From the NCBI GenBank assembly GCA_004764695.1, contig SMSO01000031.1, positions 38,436-102,435 on the forward strand: a stretch of DNA of 64,000 nt, in the 5' to 3' direction. The notes under the pieces were generated by a model. The model ran no database searches. It had not been told where the DNA came from and saw only the letters and a list, made by a program, of their open reading frames with translations. This DNA comes from Schizochytrium sp. TIO01 (taxonomy: Eukaryota; Protista; Bigyra: Labyrinthulomycetes). Made by a program: the position numbers and the translations under genes. Positions 32,016-42,799 of the stretch are shown one piece after another (position 1 is the stretch's first letter; the number at the start of each line of letters is the position of its first letter).

Positions 32016-32483
32016 CGCGCAGCAAGTAAAGATCTATATCTTAACCAGCGGGCGCGTGCGTGCGCCTTTTCAGCTAAGCTCGCGGCACAGTCCCAGTCGT
32101 TGCAGAAGGTTTCGAACCTGCTGGGCGTAAAGCTGCAACGATGACAAGGGTTGTTGACTTACTGAGTTACTATGGTTTTCCTAAGAAGTTTTAGTGCTCT
32201 CGAAGTGAAAGGATATTTTACTAGTTTGAACCTAACCTTCCCTACTCAGCCTCGGGTTCTGCATGCGCTGACCTCCTTTCTTTCTCGCTCTTTCAAGACT
32301 ATTACTATTTCGTACAGCCTACTACTGGAATATCTTCTGCAGTAATGATGCTCCAGAAGTTCCAGCAATACTATCTCTTAGCACTCACTACCTGCTATGA
32401 ATCACATATCCATAGATGTAAAGAAAGTTAACAACAACCCACTCAATAATACGTTTATATACAGTATACTCCTCGACCAGAGT

Positions 32484-32601
32484 ACATTCGATCATACCAC
32501 GCGGGTAACACCTCATCTCATTCGCACTGAGAAGTAAAGTCGCGTAGGGCCGGGTCAGTAGTATGATAGGGGACTGCATGCGAAGCCCCGGTGTTGAATG
32601 T
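32484..32601 (+). rRNA. 5S rRNA (copy 1)
   Basis: 118 nt; ACATTC...GAATGT terminal helix; GATCATACC start, internal control region-like AGTAAAG..GGTCAGTAGTA; followed by an oligo-T Pol III terminator. Confidence 0.93.
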
Positions 32602-33823
32602 TTTTTTCTCCTTTTATTTTTTTATCTAGCACTACAAGAAAGCAACTCCACGGTTTATACCACAACATTATACACATCAAAGATAAATTTCATGAAAATA
32701 AACCTGCCCGAAGAGGATTAAAAGCAATGCAAGAAAGGCAATCAGGCATCTACTCTCGGTCAAAGATTCTCCTCTTTTTGAAAATTTCCTTTCCTGCTTT
32801 CTGGCACACCTTTGGTCGCAGCCGCCAGTAGCTCTGATCGTTGAAAGCAACTCTCTGTTTTTTTCACATTGAAGCCGTGAAGCAAATATCCAACGACTCG
32901 ACACATCTTTGAAATCCGAAAATTGTCGACTTGTTCTCCATTCTCTCCCAAGCTTTAGCTATATCAAGATTATTTTCTTTTACGCTCCTCGATGACACAG
33001 TTGCGAGTTTGTGTCGCTCCAAGACTTCATCAAAGGCAACAAAAGGATTCAATAAGCTCCCACCTCTTATCTCAAATAGACATCAATACAAGGATCTTTT
33101 CTTGCCTGCTATTCATTACACAATACGCCATGGCAATCAAAATTCAACAACCTTCTTTTGCTTTACACACCAACTTAATTTCTTATATTTTTATTTTTTT
33201 TTAAATAAAAAAAAAGCTTGAAGAGTAGTTTTATGCGTTATCTCTCTTCATCTGCACGACCATAAAGGAATGGAGTCCTTCCTCGTGTCGCCTCCTGCCT
33301 TGTTTTTGACCTAGACGAAGCACAAGGCCTCCTCATCTTTCTTCAAGACTAGACTCCTCTTTTGCGCTCCCAGGATAAATTAGAAACGAAGTGAAAGCAC
33401 CTTAAACAAAAGGGCAAAGGACCTTAACACAGGAAAGGAATAAAAGGGAATACCATGCCATCGCCAAAGCCGCAAAGCCGCAACACGAGGCAGCGCGCGC
33501 GCACTATATCCACGCACCCGCGACCTCTTGTGTGCCACACCCCTCCACGCGTTCGCTGTTCGTGGGCGAGGCTTGGTCTACTGAGGCACTTGCGAGGCAT
33601 CGCGGGGAGTCCACCCGATCCTCCTTCCTTGCTGCGAAGAAGAAAGAGAAGAAGACAGAGCAGGAGTCTCCGTTCCTGATCAGCAGCGCGAGCGAAGACT
33701 CAAACGACTCTCTCTCCCTCTATCTTACGAGTGCCAAAGCAAAGCGAAGACAAAGAAAAGCAAAGACAATCAACGCGATTGATCAATCCATCCATTAAAG
33801 GTCACACATACTGCTGCAACAAT

Positions 33824-34759
33824 ATGACTCAGGCACGCAGAATTGAGGACATCAAAGAAGATACGACGGTGATAGTGTAAGTGCACGATGCAGAAGGGAG
33901 GAGACAGAAGAAGCAGGCATCGCGTCATCGATATGTTGTAGTAGTCAGCTTAGTAGAAGAAGAATAACTTTGTACTAGTAGTGGCACTAATGAAGAAGTT
34001 GGAAATGCCATATACTAACTCTCACCTGTTCACAAACAAACAAACGAACAAACAAACACAGGATTTTGGGAGACAACATTGGCTCAGAGGGCGCAAAGGC
34101 CGTCGCAAAGGCACTCGAGGGATGCAAGAACCTTCAACAATTAGAGTACGTTTGTGGAATCATCCACGAGGGAAAGCTATCGTAATAGTCAGGACCAAGC
34201 TTTTTCTTTCTTTGTTTTTAGTGCTTGGTGTTTGTAGTACTGCTGGTACACTACCTAAGTAGTTTACGTAGTTGGGTACGCAAAGAAAGGCAAAGAAGTC
34301 TTTTCTTTTTTACAAAGAGAAGAAGGAAATCTATATAATTTGATAGGCAGCAGCAGAAGATGAAGTGATTGCTTTTTATTGCGAGGAAAAAGAAAACAAA
34401 ACAGGATCAACTGACTGGACCTGTCTTTCCTGACAACGAATGAACAAAACAAACTTATTCATTTATACACACAGTCTTGGTTGGAACAAGATTAGCTCGG
34501 AGGGCGCAAAGGCCGTCGCAAAGGCACTCGAGGGATGCAAGAACCTTCAACAATTAGAGTACGTTTGTGGAATCATCCACGAGGGAAAGCTATCGTAATA
34601 GTCAGGACCAAGCTTTTTCTTTCTTTCTTTTTAGTGCTTGGTGTTTGTAGTACTGCGGGTACACTACCTAAGTAGTTTACGTAGTTGGGTACGCAAAGAT
34701 AGGCAAAGAAGTCTTTTCTTTCTTACAAAGAGAAGAAGGAAATCTATATAATTTGATAG

Positions 34760-34790
<31 letters not shown>

Positions 34791-37700
34791 TGATTGCTTT
34801 TTATTGCGAGGAAAAAGAAAACAAAACAGGATCAACTGACTGGAGCTGTCTTTCCTGACAACGAATGAACAAAACAAACTTATTCATTTATACTCACAGT
34901 CTTCGTAGCAACACCATTGGCTCGGAGGGCGCAAAGGCCGTCGCAAAAGCACTCGAGGGATGCAAGAACCTTCAAAAATTGTCGTACGTTTGTGGAATCA
35001 TCTACGAGGGAAAGCTATCGTAATAGTCAGGACCAAGCTTTTTCTTTCTCTGTTTTTGGTGCTTGGTGTTTGTAGTACTGCTGGTACACTACCTAAGTAG
35101 TTTACGTAGTTGGGTACGCAAAGAAAGGCAAAGAAGTCTTTTCGTTTTTACAAAGAGAAGAAGGAAATCTATATAATTTGATAGGCAGCAGCAGAAGATG
35201 AAGTGATTGCTTTTTATTGCGAGGAAAAAGAAAACAAAACAGGATCAACTGACTGGACCTGTCTTTCCTGACAACGAATGAACAAAACAAACTTATTCAT
35301 TTATACTCACAGTCTTCACAACAACAACATTGGCGATGAGGGCGCAAAGGCCGTCGCAAAGGCACTCGAGGGATGCAAGAACCTTCAACAATTGTAGTAC
35401 GTTTGTGGAATCATCCACGAGGGAAAGCTATCGTAATAGTCAGGACCAAGCTTTTTCTTTCTTTCTTTTTAGTGCTTGGTGTTTGTAGTACTGCTGGTAC
35501 ACTACCTAAGTAGTTTACGTAGTTGGGTACGCAAAGAAAGGCAAAGAAGTCTTTTCTTTTTTACAAAGAGAAGAAGGAAATCTATAGAATTTGATAGGCA
35601 GCAGCAGCAGCAGAAGAAGAGCTGATTGCTTTTTATTGTGAGGAAAAAGAAAACAAAACAGGATCAACTGACTGGACCTGTCTTTCCTGACAACGAATGA
35701 ACAAAACAAACTTATTCATTTATACTCACAGTCTTTCTTATAATAGCATTGGCGATGAGGGCGCAAAGGCCGTCGCAAAGGCACTCGAGGGATGCAAGAA
35801 CCTTCAAACTTTAGAGTACGTTTGTGGAATCATCCACGAGGGAAAGCTATCGTAATAGTCAGGACCAAGCTTTTTCTTTCTTTCTTTTTAGTGCTTGGTG
35901 TTTGTAGTACTGCTGGTACACTACCTAAGTAGTTTACGTAGTTGGGTACGCAAAGAAAGGCAAAGAAGTCTTTTCTTTTTTACAAAGAGAAGAAGGAAAT
36001 CTATATAATTTGATAGGCAGCAGCAGCAGAAGAAGAAGAGCTGATTGCTTTTTATTGTGAGGAAAAAGAAAACAAAACAGGATCAACTGACTGGACCTGT
36101 CTTTCCTGACAACGAATGAACAAAACAAACTTATTCATTTATACTCACAGTCTTCGTAGCAACACCATTGGCTCGGAGGGCGCAACGGCCGTCGCAAAGG
36201 CACTCGAGGGATGCAAGAACCTTCAAACTTTAGAGTACGTTTGTGGAATCATCCACGAGGGAAAGCTATCGTAATAGTCAGGACCAAGCTTTTTCTTTCT
36301 TTCTTTTTAGTGCTTGGTGTTTGTAGTACTGCTGGTACACTACCTAAGTAGTTTACGTAGTTGGGTACGCAAAGAAAGGCAAAGAAGTCTTTTCTTTTTT
36401 ACAAAGAGAAGAAGGAAATCTATATAATTTGATAGGCAGCAGCAGCAGCAGAAGAAGAGCTGATTGCTTTTTATTGTGAGGAAAAAAAAACAAAACAGGA
36501 TCAACTGACTGGACCTGTCTTTCCTGACAACGAATGAACAAAACAAACTTATTCATTTATACTCACAGTCTTAACAACAACAACATTGGCGATGAGGGCG
36601 CAAAGGCCGTCGCAAAGGCACTCGAGGGATGCAAGAACCTTCAAACTTTAGAGTACGTTTGTGGAATCATCCACGAGGGAAAGCTATCGTAATAGTCAGG
36701 ACCAAGCTTTTTCTTTCTTTGTTTTTAGTGCTTGGTGTTTGTAGTACTGCGGGTACACTACCTAAGTAGTTTACGTAGTTGGGTACGCAAAGATAGGCAA
36801 AGAAGTCTTTTCTTTCTTACAAAGAGAAGAAGGAAATCTATAGAATTTGATAGGCAGCAGCAGCAGCAGAAGAAGAAGAAGAAGAAGAATAGCTGATTTC
36901 TTTTTATTGTGAGGAAAAACAAAACAAAACAGGATCAACTGACTGGACCTGTCTTTCCTGACAACGAATGAACAAAACAAACTTATTCATTTATACTCAC
37001 AGTCTTGGTGGGGGGGGGTTGGGGCGCAACATTGGCTCGGAGGGCGCAAAGGCCGTCGCAAAGGCACTCGAGGGATGCAAGAACCTTCAACAATTGTAGT
37101 ACGTTTGTGGAATCATCCACGAGGGAAAGCTATCGTAATAGTCAGGACCAAGCTTTTTCTTTCTTTCTTTTTAGTGCTTGGTGTTTGTTGTACTGCTGGT
37201 ACACTACCTAAGTAGTTTACGTAGTTGGGTACGCAAAGAAAGGCAAAGAAATCTTTTCTTTCTTACAAAGAGAAGAAGGAAATCTATATAATCTGATAGG
37301 CAGCAGCAGCAGCAGAAGAAGAGCTGACTGCTTTTTATTGTGCCGAAAAACAAAACAAAACAGGATCAACTGACTGGAGCTGTCTTTCCTGACAACGAAT
37401 GAACAAAACAAACTTATTCATTTATACTCACAGTCTTCACAACAACAACATTGGCGATGAGGGCGCAAAGGCCGTCGCAAAGGCACTCGAGGGATGCAAG
37501 AACCTTCGAACTTTAGGGTACGTTTGTGGAATCATCCACGAGGGAAAGCTATCGTAATAGGCAGGACCAAGCTTTTTCTTTCTTTCTTTTTAGTGCTTGG
37601 TGTTTGTAGTACTGCTGGTACACTACCTAAGTAGTTTACGTAGTTGGTACGCAAAGAACGGCAAAGAAGTCTTTTCTTTTTTACAAAGAGAAGAAGGAAA

Positions 37701-40700
37701 TCTATAGAATTTGATAGGCAGCAGCAGCAGAAGAAGAAGAGCTGATTGCTTTTTATTGTGACGAAAAACAAAACAAAACAGTATCAACTGACTGGACCTG
37801 TCTTTCCTGACAACAACGAATGAACAAAACAAACTTATTCATTTATACTCACAGTCTTTACAACAACAACATTGGCTCAGAGGGCGCAAAGGCCGTCGCA
37901 AAGTCTCTGCACAAAGCATGTCCTTCTGTTAGAATTCAGTAAGTTCCGTTCCCTCTGCTGCTATTCCCAGCTTGCGCAGAGCCTTTCCTTCGCTGGTTCT
38001 CTCCATCTCTCCATATGGACTTGTGAGGAGGCCGTCTTTAGTTGCGTGCATCGTTTTTCTAACAAGCGCTTTTATTCTCTTTCTTTCGTTCATTGATTTA
38101 TTAAATGCAGTTTCTATGACAATTTTTTTGGAACTCCTAAAAGATTGTTCGAAAAGTTGTGTTCTCCTGGAGAGGACATTGCAGATTTCTCGTCAGAGCT
38201 CGATTCCTATGCTTCCATAGAGTCGGCAGAAAGCGAGCCTTCTGCAGAGCCCAAGAACGAGCAAGACGGCATTGCTGGCGCCGGGCTTGCTACTTTGGAT
38301 GGATCTGGGTAAGTTCATGCGGTCAGTCTTTGTTTGGGATCGTGTAATTATTCGAATTGTGTTATTGAGATAGAGGGTATCCTAACTTTTGCGTCTGCTT
38401 TTGTTGCTGCCTCAACATCATTTTGCTCGTTTGCTTACGTCTTCTTGTTCGCCTCAGAGAACGGCCGGATGGAGCGAGCGTGAGTTTCGCTGATGTGGTG
38501 CAGCTTGCCAAGAAAGTCTCGGACTTGCGCGCGGACCGAGGGGGGGTCAGAGCAAACTCCCTGCAGACTGGGATTGCCCTGCTTGAGGAATTCGTTGGAC
38601 CGGCGATTCAGGGCTACTTTGGCCAAGTGAAGTTGCGACAGGTTTTCGCTGACATCAAGAACTCCAAAGAGAGTCTTGACATGGTACAAGGCCAGATTCG
38701 TGCAAGCTCCGCAAATGTCATGGCCAGCCTCATCGAAAAGCGGAACACCGAACGGAGGCACCTGTATTCACTTTTGCAGGTTGTGTACCCATGGGTTCGC
38801 GCCAACCTTTGCGAAAGTGATGAGAGTGCAGTGCGAGAATTCAAAGTGAGAGTTGAAAGTTTGGTAAACGATCTAAAGATCAACCTTGTACCAGTCGATG
38901 AAGAAACCAGCACAGATGACTTCAAACACTGCCAAGAACTCGTTGTTCAGGCTGTCCAATGCGTGGAAGGGTACAAGAGGAGTGGAGAAAGTCATCCCAA
39001 CAACATTGGTGAACGAAGTCAACAAGCTGTAAAACGCGTCATCTCTCGATTGTCTGAGCTAGAACTTGGTGATGGATTATCGGTTGCTCTGAGATCACCC
39101 GAGCAGGCCATGGAGCTAGGACCCGAGTTGTCTGAACTTGAGAGTGCTCTCAAGGAAGAGATTGAAGCTCTTCAAGGAGATACACTTCGTGCCCACTTGT
39201 CCAAAATATTTTGCGCGATAAGTTCAACATTCGCTCGGTTTGAAGGATACTCTGAGAGTGCTACGTTGAATGACGCGAGCAATTACACACCAAAAGAGCT
39301 CTCTAATCTGTATGACTATGCAGTACTGGGTTTGAAAGAACCTTCTGTCTCAGATGTGGAAGCATTATACCAGAAACTTGACAAGTCGAGGAAAGCCACA
39401 GAAAGATTAAAAAGAGCTAGAGAAGATGTCGACGCTGAGGACTTGGATGAGGAAGAGCGAGCATATTTTAGAAATCGAATCAAGAAACAAGAGCTCATTC
39501 TCTCTCAAGGCCACCCTATCGATCTTAGCAAAGCTTTTCGTCATAAGCTTGCTGAAACTCTCCAACACGCGCAGGAACATTATCCAGAGTTACTGCAAGA
39601 TAGAGCCTGGCTGGAAAGGCTTCACGTAAGTGCAGAGGGTGTTTTTGAAGTAGCATGTTCTGACCTTTGGTTGACGAATGTCACAGTTTCGGACTTCAAG
39701 CCTGTGGGCGAGCCCCTTGCTTCCAGAGTTGGCAAGAGAGTCCAGAAAGTATTTGATGGAGATGGTAAAACTATGGTTCTCAAAGAGTTTCAGCTTGGAC
39801 ATTCAAGTCAATCTAAAACCTTCTACAGACAAGTTGCGAATCTGGGCAAAGTGGTGTCTCAGCACGTGATCCGTATCACTGGTGCTTTTGTGGACATGGC
39901 ACATGGAGTACCGCGTGGTTGTATTATTATGCCTTTCTACGAGCAAGGTGACCTTGCCAAGTGGATTGAGCGTCATCCTAACGAAGGCAAAGCAGCGCGC
40001 GACCGACTTGCTATGGGTCTGCTTATCGGTGTGGCGGATTTACATACCCACGGCATTGTGCATTGTGACATCAAACCAGAAAACATTTTCCTCACAAGCA
40101 ACGGGACACCATTGATCGGTGACTTTGACGGCATCAAGGTTGCAGACTACACTGCAACGTACACATCACTCCAGGCAACGCCACGGTACGTTGCCCCCGA
40201 GTTGCAGAATGGGCCTGTAGATAGGTTTGAAACAGCGATGGACATGTACTCTGTGGGCATCAGCTTAAAGGAGCTGTATCCTACTGAGCGAACCGCTGCA
40301 ATGCAGAAACTTATCGATGCTCTTACAGCAACAGACCCTGGCCAGCGTCCCACCGCTCGCCAAGCACTCCAACATGAAGCTTTTGGAGCTCCTAAGATCC
40401 CTGTCAAGATGTGCCTAGTATGCATGGAGGAGCATCTGCTTTCCGAGGGCACGAGCTGCGAGGAGGGAGACTTCCTTTGCAGAGACTGTATCGAATCTTC
40501 AGTAGAAGCGGCGGCCCAGCCACTTGCTAACGTCAGAGTGGATGCTGATGGAACGATGGCATGCATGAAAACTGAATGTAGTGGAAGGATATCAGGTCAA
40601 GAAATCACCCGCCTTGCACCAACTGCTTTGAATCATCTTTTGTTGATTGCGAAGATGAAGGCAGAAAATGAAGCAGCAGTTTGGGCGGAGAAAGAGATCC

Positions 40701-41146
40701 AAAGGCGCATAGCACGAGTTCCACGTGCAGGTGAACAGAACAGTGGCGCAGAGCATCATTTACTACATATTCAAGAGAAGATCTTGAGCACATGTTGTCC
40801 GAACTGTAACGCTTATGTGGACGAATTCGAGGATTGCTGTGCTATAGAGTGTATTAATCGTGCTTGCGGTCATCACTATTGTGCTTGGTGTCTTGAGTAT
40901 AGTTCCCAGGATACAGATAAATGTCATGCTCATGTGAGAACCTGTTCAAGAAGACTTGGGCAAGATCTACATTTCGCTGATTCATTTGAGCAGGTTCGTG
41001 AGGCTTGGCGGCTGCTACGCGCAGAACGTCTGCGCGAGTATTGGAATGCGAATATTAGAGACATAAATCTTCAGCATGCTCTCGAACAGCTACTTGTGCC
41101 TCTGCTAACACCAGACATCGTTGGCTCAGGATTTAAACTGTGTTAA
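33824..41146 (+). CDS. LRR - helical region - protein kinase - RING1 - Rcat (RBR-like E3) protein (spliced, 13 exons, ~1263 aa)
   Basis: Hand-spliced exons: 33824-33876 (ATG, phase 2); LRR exons 34062-34145, 34475-34558, 34900-34983, 35313-35396, 35732-35815, 36151-36234, 36569-36652, 37003-37098 (96 nt), 37434-37517, 37855-37938; linker 38111-38308; terminal exon 38458-41146, in frame with the 907-aa ORF. Kinase motifs VLKEF, HCDIKPEN, GDFDG, YVAPE, DMYSVG; RING CLVC..C..CRDC..C..C; Rcat CPNC..DCCAIEC..CGHHYCAWC. Confidence 0.87.
34062..37938 (+). repeat. Tandem array of ~415-430-bp [LRR exon + conserved intron] modules
   Basis: Ten exons; introns gtacgtttgtgg...ttatactcacag are near-identical apart from a (CAG)n(AAG)n tract; exon consensus LxxNxIGxEGAKAVAKALEGCKNLQxLx. 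Confidence 0.95.
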
Positions 41147-42276
41147 CTTTTATATGGAATTGTATTAACTAAGCTGTCGGGTATTAACGACGCTGTCGGT
41201 ACACTGTGCTTTTTCGTGTACTTGCCTAGGCTGAAAGCAAGGCTTTGGTTGTTCCTCTTGAAGCGAGCTAGGCAATGATCAAGCAGTTCTCATACTAGCT
41301 CAATATCTCTGACTCTTGGAAGTATTTCTATGATCTTCTCTTGTCAAATTCAAAGCGCAATTGTCCTTCAATACGTTTTGTTTATTGAATATTGAACTTG
41401 ACGACTTCCTCTCTGGTATCCTACGGAAATTTCGTACTCTATAGGCTCAAACAGCCCCTCATAGCTCCACCCTGCCATCAGAGCGACCGGCTAAACCTGA
41501 TTTTGCGAATCAGCTCTTGTACGTTCCCAATAACCAGACAAGTCAATTTTAAAGTAAACATTTTCTTTAGCTTTCCTTCAGCTACTTTGAGAGGGCTGAG
41601 TGTAAATATGTGTCACCTAATAGTACATCTTTTGATAAATTGGTCCCCGTCGAGTTGAGTTGACCGCCAGTATGTGGCGAGGCATAATTGACTATTTGGC
41701 ATTCAATCGTTTAGGATAATTTCTAACTTTGCGCAAACAAGTTCACTTCTTCGCGACTTGAAGTTCATTAATAATAGCGAAATCTCTTTTGTATTTATTG
41801 TGCAAGAATCGTATTACCATGCTAGAAGATGTGAAATGGCACGCTTCGCTGGCATTGCAAATCCCGGCATTTACTTACCGTTCAGCACGCATTGACGCTA
41901 GACACAGACGCGTCGAAGATATTGCATGTTAGATGGGTGATTTGTTGTGCATGGCAATCCTTAGTTGTTATTGAGATTGGAAATTATTATGAATGTTGTC
42001 ATAGTGATTGTTCTGGTGTTTGTAGAAAAGTACTAAGCTGGATCACTGATCATGCGTGTTTCCTTTAACTCTATTGATTATTGCATTGCATTAATTACAC
42101 TCAACAAACGTCGAGACTGACACAAGTCAAACCATCTGCTAGAGTCAGTGGGTTACGTCTCCATTCTAAACTCTACAAAATTGAAATTCTATTGTAATGG
42201 TTCGAACGTCGAAGGTATGGGTCGTCGTTTTCTAACTCTCGTCTCCTTTTCGTCTTTTTTCTCTTCAATCTCTTCT

Positions 42277-42310
42277 CTAGTAAGTAGGTAGGCACCTACC
42301 TACTTACTAG
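42277..42310. other. Perfect 16-bp inverted repeat with 2-nt spacer
   Basis: ctagtaagtaggtagg-ca-cctacctacttactag. Confidence 0.85.
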
Positions 42311-42799
42311 TTACCTATTCTGTCACCTACTTTGAAGAAAGAAAGAAAGAAAAAAGTTATTTCAGAGGGCTCATGTTTCATTGGGAAATTGATTTGGGCC
42401 TAATTCGGTTTATTCTTGCGTAAGCAAGGTAGACAACTGAATCATTCTCCGTTCTTTGCTAGGTTTCATCAAGCTCACCCATCTGTTTGAAGTACGCTTG
42501 TTTGCTCCCCGATAGTATGATCTGGCCTGCGGCGCTCTCAGATCTTAAAATCCATTTTTCAAGAGCCTGGTCTGCTATACTCCTTGTCCTTACTAAATGA
42601 AAAGAGTATTTCTGTCTTATCACAGGACTTTTTAAACATCTCCAGCTGGTGTGCAGCCTTGTGTTCCAGCCCCTTGATCTCTTGCTTTCTTGCTTATCCA
42701 GATCACAACACGCCAAGTCCATACTCCTCGCGCTCAAAACAGTCCCTCGCCGAACTCTTGGTCCGTCTCCATCGGCTGCAAAACTATTCACCGTGTACA

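Noticed and set aside
34264-37832. Repeated minus-strand ORFs (MFCSFVVRKD...)
   Set aside because: Antisense to the introns of the LRR-kinase gene, with non-ATG starts and frameshifts in some copies.
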